Made by a program: the position numbers and the translations under genes. The notes below the pieces were generated by a model. The model searched no databases, was not told the DNA's origin, and saw only the letters and a list, made by a program, of their open reading frames with translations. 64,000 nucleotides of DNA from Myxococcota bacterium (lineage in GTDB: Bacteria; Myxococcota_A; SURF-8): the NCBI GenBank assembly GCA_965140415.1, contig OZ223209.1, positions 5,056,001-5,120,000 on the forward strand. Direction: 5' to 3'. The first letter of the stretch is position 1; each line of letters opens with the position of its first letter. Of the stretch, positions 56,238 to 64,000 are shown piece after piece.

Positions 56238-58322
56238 GTGACACGGGACGCGAAACACGCGATGACAGAATATTACAAGGACAAACCGAAACGCCTGCTG
56301 CTACTGATCGTAGCGCTGCTGCTGTTGGCGGGGCACTTTACCTGGATCGCCTCGACCTGGCAGGGTATGGGCTACACCAAGGACGAAGGCTACTACTTCA
56401 GCGCCTCCAAGGACAATTTCGGCTGGTACCGCAACTTCGCCGCCTCCATCGTAGACGGCGAACCGCTACGCGCCTTCGAGCCCAGAGTCATCGACCGCTA
56501 CTGGCGTAACAACCACGAACACCCCCCGTTCTGCAAAGCGGTGCAGGGTTTCCACCATATGATCTGGTACGAAAAGCTTGGCTGGTTGAATTTCGGCAAC
56601 AGCCATCGCATGGCGACCTGGAGTTTCTCCGCATTGCTGGTGGTATTCATGCTGCTGCTGGCAACCGAATGGATGAGCTTGGGCTGGGCGATCTTCTCGC
56701 TGATGCTGCTATTCACCCTGCCGCGTGTCTTTTTCCACAATCATTTGAACACCTTCGACATGCCGGTCACAGCCATGTGGTTTGTCATTGCCTATGCCTT
56801 CCGGCGTTCGATGGAGTCCGTTCGCTGGGGCTGGATTACGGGTGTATTGCTGGGAGTGGGTCTGGCGACGAAAAACAATGCCTACTTCCTGCCGGTGCTC
56901 TTTGCCATCATGTATCTGTATTCCGATTACCGGAAGGAATTCTTCCGTTCGCTATGGAATGCTCCACGCAGCCTGATCCGCGCCCGCTGGTATACCCTGC
57001 TGATCGGCGCGATTCTGCTTTTCGCGCCACTTGCCGCCTGGCTGATCGATGCGGATTCGTTTAACACGGTGCTGCTGCTGGATCTAATCGCCGTCAACCT
57101 GTTGATCGCCTATCACTATCTCAGGCCAAATCCGACCATCCCCCGACACCTGGCTCCGATCTGGCCTTCGATCTTTACTGCACCGTTCACCTTTTTCCTG
57201 CTGTGGCCCTGGATCTGGCATTCGACCTGGCCGCGATTGGGCGTTTATTTCAATCGCCACCTGCATCCCCCGGCATGGGAAACCTATTACCTGCACGACA
57301 TCATCGTCAATCCGCCGCCCTTCCCCTGGCATTATCCCTTTGTGATGTCGGCCTATACGATTCCGGCGGCTGTCTTGTTCCTGATCCTGGTCGGCTTCGT
57401 ATTGCTATTGGCCAATGGACGTGTAGCGGATGTCAAACACAACCTGTGGCGGCAGATGACCGGACGCGAGCCTTTAAAGGAGCGCAGTCCCTTATTGACC
57501 CGCTACGAAGCGAAAACGCAGCCAGCCGTCATCGATGCCAAGTGGGACCAGTTGTTCATTCTCGTAAACATCCTGCTGCCGATCTTGATCATCGCCAATC
57601 CCAAAACGCCGATTTACGGTGGCACCAAGCACTGGATGAACGCCGCGCCATATTATTGTATCGCCGCTACGTTGGCATTGCGCTGGATCGTCAACACGCT
57701 GGCCAATGGCATGCAACTGAAGACCAACGCCAAAACGGCCCTGACCGTCGTTCTAGCGGCGCTCTGCCTGATTCCCGGCCTGCTTGGAATTCGCAACACG
57801 CATCCCAATACCCTGTCGTATTACAACGAAATCATGGGTGGAAGCATCGCCGCTCCGGAAGTCGGCGTGCAGCGCACTTTCTGGGCCGTTTCCACAAGAC
57901 AGACGCTGGAGTATATCAACAAGCACACCCCGGAAAACGGCAGCTTGTGGTTCAACAACACACCGTGGGACAGCTTCAGGGCTTATCAGACGGACGGCTT
58001 CCTGCGGCAGGATATCCGCCGCGCGAGAAACGAGCGGGAAGCCGATTTCGCGGTGATGAATCACTGGCGTTACTACACCGACGGCCTGTACAAAATCCGC
58101 GATGACTACAACGCCAAATATGGAGCTGCGTTTAGTGAAATCAACGGCTTACCGTTAACGGTCGTAGTCAAGAACAACAATAAGATCAGCCGACAGGATC
58201 GCAGGAACCAGCGAAAGAGCAGGAAGAGCGATCCCGCCGAAAAACGAAACAGCAAACCGACTTCGCCACCCAAACCGGAAGGTAAACGCGCTCCCACCGT
58301 TCCGCTGACACCGCGCCCATAG
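56238..58322 (+). CDS. GT-C glycosyltransferase (ArnT/PMT-like, GT39/GT83-type)
   Basis: DEGYY after TM1, EHPP, FD.P, ATK, WPW.W, many TM segments, LSYYN. Confidence 0.8.
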   Translation: MTRDAKHAMTEYYKDKPKRLLLLIVALLLLAGHFTWIASTWQGMGYTKDEGYYFSASKDNFGWYRNFAASIVDGEPLRAFEPRVIDRYWRNNHEHPPFCKAVQGFHHMIWYEKLGWLNFGNSHRMATWSFSALLVVFMLLLATEWMSLGWAIFSLMLLFTLPRVFFHNHLNTFDMPVTAMWFVIAYAFRRSMESVRWGWITGVLLGVGLATKNNAYFLPVLFAIMYLYSDYRKEFFRSLWNAPRSLIRARWYTLLIGAILLFAPLAAWLIDADSFNTVLLLDLIAVNLLIAYHYLRPNPTIPRHLAPIWPSIFTAPFTFFLLWPWIWHSTWPRLGVYFNRHLHPPAWETYYLHDIIVNPPPFPWHYPFVMSAYTIPAAVLFLILVGFVLLLANGRVADVKHNLWRQMTGREPLKERSPLLTRYEAKTQPAVIDAKWDQLFILVNILLPILIIANPKTPIYGGTKHWMNAAPYYCIAATLALRWIVNTLANGMQLKTNAKTALTVVLAALCLIPGLLGIRNTHPNTLSYYNEIMGGSIAAPEVGVQRTFWAVSTRQTLEYINKHTPENGSLWFNNTPWDSFRAYQTDGFLRQDIRRARNEREADFAVMNHWRYYTDGLYKIRDDYNAKYGAAFSEINGLPLTVVVKNNNKISRQDRRNQRKSRKSDPAEKRNSKPTSPPKPEGKRAPTVPLTPRP

Positions 58323-58378
58323 AAAAGGCCAACGTCACACGCAACAAGCCGTTATCATAAAGTATTACAGGATTTCCT

Positions 58379-59086
58379 ATGCCCAGACGCCCTCGTGTAA
58401 AACCCAGCCAGCCCCGGCGCCCCTTTTACGATGAAGAAGGATACGACAAAACCAACCCGTACCTGGACCGTGTGCTGGAACGTTACCCCGAACGTCTGAT
58501 CCATCCCACCCAAGCGCTGGCCAGAAAAGGTCACTGGCGCGAGTGGAGCGAGGGACGTCCGATTCATGTCGAGATCGGTCCCGGAAAAGGCCGGTTTATA
58601 ACAGAGTACGCACTCGCACACCCGGAAGCGGCGGTCATCGGAATCGAAATTCGCTTTCAACGCTTCTATCGGGTAAGCAAACGCCTGCATGAAGCCGGTG
58701 CGTTCAACGGATACATGATGCGCTTCGACGCCAATTACCTGGATTTCATCTTCGCCCCCGGTGAACTGGATCACGTATTCCTGCAATTCCCCGATCCCTG
58801 GGCGGGAAAGAACCGCCATCGCTACCTGAAGATGCTGGATGATACCTTTGCCGCCAAGCTGCACCACCTGCTTGCACCGGGCGGGGTATTCGAAGTCAAA
58901 ACGGATCATCAAGAACGCTTTGGGGAGTATGTGAAAACCATGCAGAACAGCGCTTTCGATCTGGTTTGCCACACGCGCGATCTGGTCCACTCCGATATCG
59001 CTCACGATAATATCGAAACGATCTTCGAAGAAAAGTTCCGCGAACGCGGTCTGCCTGCCTGTTACTTGAAAGCGGTAAAACCGTAA
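58379..59086 (+). CDS. trmB: tRNA (guanine-N7)-methyltransferase
   Basis: VEIGPGKG, IGIE, FPDPW, KTD, T.FE. Confidence 0.9.
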   Translation: MPRRPRVKPSQPRRPFYDEEGYDKTNPYLDRVLERYPERLIHPTQALARKGHWREWSEGRPIHVEIGPGKGRFITEYALAHPEAAVIGIEIRFQRFYRVSKRLHEAGAFNGYMMRFDANYLDFIFAPGELDHVFLQFPDPWAGKNRHRYLKMLDDTFAAKLHHLLAPGGVFEVKTDHQERFGEYVKTMQNSAFDLVCHTRDLVHSDIAHDNIETIFEEKFRERGLPACYLKAVKP

Positions 59087-59130
59087 CGTTTCCCCTGCTG
59101 TCGGTCTATGCAGAGTCTATTTTAGTTTTT

Positions 59131-59193
59131 ATAGCGGCGGAGCGTAAGTCCGCCGTTTTCAAGATGTTTTTCGGCGGGTTTATGCCTCGCTGT
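59131..59193. repeat. Degenerate copy of REP doublet family A
   Basis: ATAGCGGCGGAGCGTAAGTCCGCCG...CGGCGGGTTTATGCCTCGCTGT aligns with 36501-36568. Confidence 0.7.
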
Positions 59194-59472
59194 CTGTTTT
59201 CTACATTGATGAAATCAAGCGAAAACGGTTATAGACGGTCCCTCGCAGCTAATAGAAATAACAGAAGAAACCCGAAAATCTGTCAGTCCAAGCTATGCAG
59301 AAAAGTTTCCATTGCAGCCGCTGCTGTGCAAGTTCTGCATATTATTTTCATGCTTTTGCAGATCCTGAATAGCCATTCAACTAGACACTTGTGTTCAGCA
59401 AGAAGATATATACTTGATATTTCTATGGATTCCACCGATCCACGTTAAACCTCATCAAAACAAACCTACACT

Positions 59473-59488
59473 TGGCACAATGCTTGCT
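59473..59488 (+). promoter_or_regulatory. sigma54 (-24/-12) promoter
   Basis: TGGCACA-ATGC-TTGCT, about 40 nt upstream of a GGAGG-preceded ATG. Confidence 0.8.
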
Positions 59489-59528
59489 ACTTTATTTACT
59501 CAATCTCGCTGCTATTGTGGAGGCACAA

Positions 59529-59717
59529 ATGGCCCAGAACACCAGTTGTGAAGCACAGAAGAAAGAGCATAGCCAATTTGTTCCGGGCTTGAACACTGAA
59601 GTTGAAAAGGTGGTATGCATTGAATGCCAGCGCAAAGTCGATCCGAAACACACGGTAATCGTTTCCGCCAAAGGCGGCGTGCGCTACCATTTGTGTATGA
59701 AGCATGTAGCTAAGTAG
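59529..59717 (+). CDS. Small 62-aa putative Zn-binding protein (CIEC...C..H)
   Basis: GGAGG RBS, CxxC and CxxH motifs, own sigma54 promoter. Confidence 0.7.
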   Translation: MAQNTSCEAQKKEHSQFVPGLNTEVEKVVCIECQRKVDPKHTVIVSAKGGVRYHLCMKHVAK

Positions 59718-59752
59718 ACACTCACTAGAGACTCTCCATCAAGCGCAATAGC

Positions 59753-59781
59753 TTGACTTGGTTCCTGCCCTCTGCTATTAT
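59753..59781 (+). promoter_or_regulatory. Putative sigma70 promoter
   Basis: TTGACT-17 nt-TATTAT with a TG extended -10. Confidence 0.55.
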
Positions 59782-59835
59782 GACGGCCCAAGCAGAGGGT
59801 AGGGGCCCCCTCCCTCATTGGGGAGGAAAATCAAG

Positions 59836-60462
59836 ATGTTACAACAAATTTCAGTTACAATTTTAGCGGTTTTGCTGGGTGGAATCCTGTTGCTGTCCTG
59901 TAGCAGAGTTCAGCCCCAGGCATCGCGTGCGTTCACCTACGATCCGCAGGTTCAGGCCAAGGTGTATTTTCCTCACCAGGTCGGTAACAGTTGGACCTAC
60001 GATGTGGAAGAATTTACGCCCAACAGCGATGAGCCGATGCGTAGCGCGTTGATTACGCGCGTAGAATCGGAAGACGGCGAATCCTTTACGCTGAGCACCG
60101 GCGATCAGCAGGTGCGGCATTGCGTCGCCGCCGACGGCATCCTTCGACTGCCCAGCAACAACTACTTGATTCATCAACCGATCGAACCGGGACAATCCTG
60201 GGAGATTCTAAATAATGGCATCTCCGGAACGGCCAGCATTCTATCCGTCGATGAAAAAGCCATCACCAACGCGGGCGTCTTTTCCGATTGCCTGCTGATC
60301 GAGGAACGCTATCCCGAAGCCGCCATGACCATTCGCTATACCTTCGCTCCGAATATTGGTCTGGTGCGTGTGGAGAACTTCGCCGAGTTGGAGGGAGAGT
60401 CCTTTATGCTGCTGCGTCTCGCCTTGCGGATCTATCGCGTGCAGCGCCCTGACAAGAGGTAA
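59836..60462 (+). CDS. Hypothetical lipoprotein
   Basis: Lipobox LLSC; YFP..VGNSWTY, AG.F.DC, FAP.IGLV motifs. Confidence 0.75.
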   Translation: MLQQISVTILAVLLGGILLLSCSRVQPQASRAFTYDPQVQAKVYFPHQVGNSWTYDVEEFTPNSDEPMRSALITRVESEDGESFTLSTGDQQVRHCVAADGILRLPSNNYLIHQPIEPGQSWEILNNGISGTASILSVDEKAITNAGVFSDCLLIEERYPEAAMTIRYTFAPNIGLVRVENFAELEGESFMLLRLALRIYRVQRPDKR

Positions 60463-60464
60463 TC

Positions 60465-63400
60465 ATGAGCCGTATTCCGAATCGCCTCGCCGCGTTGCTG
60501 TTTCTTCTAACTCTATTCTGTTTGAATGGCTGCGGGATGTTTCTGGAAAACGACTGTCCCCCCGGCTGGTTGATGAACGCTACCGGCGACTGCATCGATC
60601 CAAGCTCGCTGATTCCCGATGGTGACGGCCCGGAAACCTTGCATCCCTGCCCCGAAGGCTATTTCTTAAACGGCATGGGCTACTGCCAACAAAAACCGGA
60701 TCTCGATAAAGACAATGCAGACCTCCCCGACCGGGATCCATCCGAGTTTCCAGACGGCGACGAAGACTTCGGTCATGACGAGCCGGTGATAGACGGCGAC
60801 AGCCCGGTGCATACCACCCCCTGCGATTCTGATGCCGATTGTCCCTTCGGCAATTTGTGTCATACAGACATCGATGGCGGCATCTGCTGGCCCTCCTGCC
60901 GGGAAAACTGGGAATGCAAAGTCTGGCTGAACGACGGCTTCTGCAATTCCGAACAGCGCTGCATTCACAAACCTGCGGATGGTCCCTGCGATGATGACGC
61001 GCAATGCCCCTTCGGCGAAGTCTGCCACGACCAGGTCGAAGGCGGTCTATGCCATCCGCTCTGTTATCGTGAAGGCGACTGCGACCAGATCGCCATCGAA
61101 TACTTCTGCAACAGCGAAAACCGCTGCGCGCCCGATCCCGGCGAAGAACCCTGCGAGCGCGACTCCGACTGCGGCCTGGATGAAGTCTGCCACCTACAGA
61201 TCGGCGAAGGCGAATGCCACCCGGAATGCTTTGTAAGCTATGAGTGCAACAACTACGGAGTGGATGAATACATCTGCAACGCGGCTCAGCAATGCATTCC
61301 CGATCCTGGCGACGACGGCTGCGAAGACGATTACGTGTGCGAGTTCGGCAATGTCTGCCATCCCGAAGTAGACGGCGGCGCAGGCCGTTGCCTGGCAACC
61401 TGCACCGACCGGGCCTTTTGTCAGGCCATCGAATCCAGCCTGTTCTGCAATGCCTACGCACGCTGTACCTATCCTCCCGCCGGAGCAGGCTGCGTGGAAA
61501 CAGCGGACTGTCCCATCAATTCCGTCTGCCATCCCGAAGCCGGTACGGACGGCACCTGCGCGCCTCCCTGCGACAGCCACTCGGATTGTGAACTGATCGA
61601 TTCGAATCTCGCCTGTAACGCGTTAGGGCGCTGCATACCGGATCTGGTAACCGATGGCGATATCGTGGTCGACGGCGACCATCAACCCGACGGCGATCTG
61701 GACGACGTTCCCGATGGCGATCTGGATCTGGAACCGGAGCAGGAAGAAGATACGACTTCCGGCTGCGTCCGGCTGGGTCAGGGTTCGGTGTATACCATCA
61801 ATATCAAAACGGCCTGGCTAACGGTTTTGGCCACCAAGGATGGGCAGAATTACATCGATCCCACCGGCCAGAGCGGCATTTACATTCGCGACAACACCAG
61901 CGGCATGCAGGTCAAGGTGATTTCCAATTTCAGCGACGGCGGCACCCTGCCACCGGTGGAAATCGTACAAGGCGACTACAACCTGATCGCGCAGAACCGC
62001 TACAGTCAACGGCAAACGGTGGTGAACAACACCATCATCAACCGCGACCGCACGATCGAAGTCCCCTTCCCCTTCCACACCATTACGCTGCATTTAAAGA
62101 AAAACGGGCAGCCTTTCCCGCTGCTGGATCAAGCCTATCGCGGCTCGCTGTATATGGTCGACCGCTCGACCCGGCGAAAGCATTTCATTGCCGAAACAGG
62201 TGGCGACACTCGCGATTTCAATATCGATGTCTTCAGCGGCAGCTATGACATCCTGTTCGAAGGTTACCTGGCCAATCAACCGAACTCCTTCCAGATCGAC
62301 ACCCTGATCGATAACGAAAGCGTTACCGAAGACCGCGAATTGATCCTGGATCTGGAAACGGTCACGCTGTCCGGGTCGATCACCATCAACGGTCAGGCAC
62401 CACCCGCCGATGAAGACGGACGCGGCGAAGTCTGGCTGATCAACGCCGTCAAAGGGAACCGTTTCCCCTTCTGGCCGCTGGGAACCACCGGATCGGTGCT
62501 GTTCGAACGCGAACTACTGGCAGACACCTATTTCATCGCTTATTCCCCGCAAGGTAACGACGGCGAATCCTACCTCTGGCGCGAGCAGCAACCCAAGTCC
62601 TGGTTGAGCAACGCGACCTCGGTGCTTATGGATATCCCGCGCGTACACGTACAGGGACAGATCCTCGCCGCCGGGCAACCGCTCTCGAACATGGATCACG
62701 TCAACCTGGATCGCGGACAGGTTTATTTAGTCGATCAAACCAGCAGCGAACAACTGCTGCTGGCGGATCTGGGACGACAGGGGGATATCGATTTCGATCT
62801 GGATATCGGCCCGGGTCTGTACAGCTACCGCTTCGAGGGCCGCCTGCTGGACAACGAATACTTCGTAGGCCGTAGCTATCCGCCTATTACGCACAAGGTC
62901 GTCTGGAAAACCGACGTGGAGATCAATGAAGACGCCACTCTCTCCGTCGATCTCCCCCTGTTGCGCATTCATGGCCAGCTCACCAAAAACGGAGAAGCCT
63001 TGAGCAACGGTCCGTACGCCGCAGGAGAGTACGTCACGGTGCGCAGACAAAGCACCTATGAAGACCTCCCGATTCTGCATTTCGGCGATTTCACCGGTCC
63101 CAGCTATGAAGCCTTGCTGTTCCCCGCAACCTACGACATGCGCTACGCGGGATCGAGCCTGATGGGCTCCTTCCAGAATTTCTACGTGTACGACGAGTTC
63201 ATGCTCACCGACACCCAGCTTGAATTCGACATCGATTTCACCTCGAAGCTATTGGGACTGACCATCGAGCAGGGGGAAGCGGAAGGCACTTTAAGCGACC
63301 TGATCGACGACGGCGTTTTCAGCTACGCCGAAGTTCAAGTCGTGGACCACACCATCAACAACCGCACCACTGGGTCAACGCTGTTGCAGAACGGACGTTT

Positions 63401-63797
63401 CCAGATGGAGCGTGCGCCGGGAGACTATTCGTTCATATTGCGGGTGATGAAAGACGCCAGTTATCAAGACATCCCGGTCATCAAGCACTACGAATTGACC
63501 GACCACGACGAACTGTCCACCGAACTCGATTTCGTCAGCTTTGCGGTGCACGTGCTGAAAAACGGAGAACCGCTGCCCGATGCGGAAAACAACATGTCCA
63601 GAGGCGACATCGTGCTGCGCGTAACCAACGACTATCTGTTCGTGACCAATTTCGACCTGGGAAAAACGGGGGATGTCAACGAGCTTCTGACCACCGTTCC
63701 GGGCGAATACAGTGCGAACGTCTCCATCGGCTACAGCGACGCCTTCCAGTTCCCACAGTGGGTGTACCTGGAATGCGTGGAGGTTGTCGGTCCCTAA
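60465..63797 (+). CDS. Large surface lipoprotein: five 8-Cys repeats, DGD linkers and tandem beta-sandwich repeats
   Basis: Lipobox LNGC; five C...C...CH...C..C...C...CN...C units; recurring NG.P...RG...L...G.Y modules. Confidence 0.8.
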   Translation: MSRIPNRLAALLFLLTLFCLNGCGMFLENDCPPGWLMNATGDCIDPSSLIPDGDGPETLHPCPEGYFLNGMGYCQQKPDLDKDNADLPDRDPSEFPDGDEDFGHDEPVIDGDSPVHTTPCDSDADCPFGNLCHTDIDGGICWPSCRENWECKVWLNDGFCNSEQRCIHKPADGPCDDDAQCPFGEVCHDQVEGGLCHPLCYREGDCDQIAIEYFCNSENRCAPDPGEEPCERDSDCGLDEVCHLQIGEGECHPECFVSYECNNYGVDEYICNAAQQCIPDPGDDGCEDDYVCEFGNVCHPEVDGGAGRCLATCTDRAFCQAIESSLFCNAYARCTYPPAGAGCVETADCPINSVCHPEAGTDGTCAPPCDSHSDCELIDSNLACNALGRCIPDLVTDGDIVVDGDHQPDGDLDDVPDGDLDLEPEQEEDTTSGCVRLGQGSVYTINIKTAWLTVLATKDGQNYIDPTGQSGIYIRDNTSGMQVKVISNFSDGGTLPPVEIVQGDYNLIAQNRYSQRQTVVNNTIINRDRTIEVPFPFHTITLHLKKNGQPFPLLDQAYRGSLYMVDRSTRRKHFIAETGGDTRDFNIDVFSGSYDILFEGYLANQPNSFQIDTLIDNESVTEDRELILDLETVTLSGSITINGQAPPADEDGRGEVWLINAVKGNRFPFWPLGTTGSVLFERELLADTYFIAYSPQGNDGESYLWREQQPKSWLSNATSVLMDIPRVHVQGQILAAGQPLSNMDHVNLDRGQVYLVDQTSSEQLLLADLGRQGDIDFDLDIGPGLYSYRFEGRLLDNEYFVGRSYPPITHKVVWKTDVEINEDATLSVDLPLLRIHGQLTKNGEALSNGPYAAGEYVTVRRQSTYEDLPILHFGDFTGPSYEALLFPATYDMRYAGSSLMGSFQNFYVYDEFMLTDTQLEFDIDFTSKLLGLTIEQGEAEGTLSDLIDDGVFSYAEVQVVDHTINNRTTGSTLLQNGRFQMERAPGDYSFILRVMKDASYQDIPVIKHYELTDHDELSTELDFVSFAVHVLKNGEPLPDAENNMSRGDIVLRVTNDYLFVTNFDLGKTGDVNELLTTVPGEYSANVSIGYSDAFQFPQWVYLECVEVVGP

Positions 63798-63829
63798 TGG
63801 CGGTGTAAGAAAAGCGGGAGACAAACATC

Positions 63830-64000
63830 ATGCCCGAAAACGCGGAACGCATCGAAGAGTTGCAACAGAAAATCTCGCAGTTGCGGGTGGAATTGCAGGA
63901 TCAGCAGAAAAGCCTGCCCGCGCATTCAATCCGCCCTCATCAACTGATGGCCATCGAGGAAATGGAAGACGAGTTACGGGAGTTGGAAGCGGAGCTTGTA
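63830..64000 (+). CDS. Partial small coiled-coil protein (LPAHSIRPHQL motif), truncated by the window end
   Basis: GGAG RBS, ATG 63830, heptad pattern, frame open to the end. Confidence 0.65.
   Translation, partial: MPENAERIEELQQKISQLRVELQDQQKSLPAHSIRPHQLMAIEEMEDELRELEAELV

Overview
A 64-kb chromosomal segment of a moderately GC-rich Gram-negative bacterium. Gene content resembles deltaproteobacteria (Myxococcota/Desulfobacterota); that assignment is an inference. Housekeeping genes are mtnA, a rimJ-like acetyltransferase, glyQ-glyS, era-der, trmB, an Hsp20 and a UDP-sugar dehydrogenase. They are interspersed with large secreted lipoproteins that share Asp-Gly-Asp (DGD) acidic linkers: glycoside hydrolases, an S8 protease, an alpha/beta hydrolase and Cys-rich repeat proteins. 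The centre (about 19.9-33.2 kb) holds an organoarsenical-type operon (arsR, arsM, arsP-like, MFS, arsEFG-like). Divergent from it is a redox-signalling block with a multi-PAS histidine kinase and a sigma54 activator. The activator's N-terminus is a catalytically dead ArsC/LMW-PTP fold followed by a CX8CX3C PAS domain. Just downstream lies a sigma54-driven operon of a small conserved protein, two stand-alone receivers and a DsrM/DsrK (HdrE/HdrD)-like pair. Non-coding highlights are a sigma54-promoted structured RNA with seven GUUG repeats followed by a 29-aa amphipathic ORF (7.3-7.7 kb), a 168-nt rod-like hairpin (3.0-3.2 kb) and two REP-like repeat families. Two genes are interrupted: a split serine hydrolase and a GYF_2-like gene with an in-frame TGA. 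No rRNA, tRNA, CRISPR array, transposase or integrase was recognised. All calls come from motif recognition by eye, not database searches.
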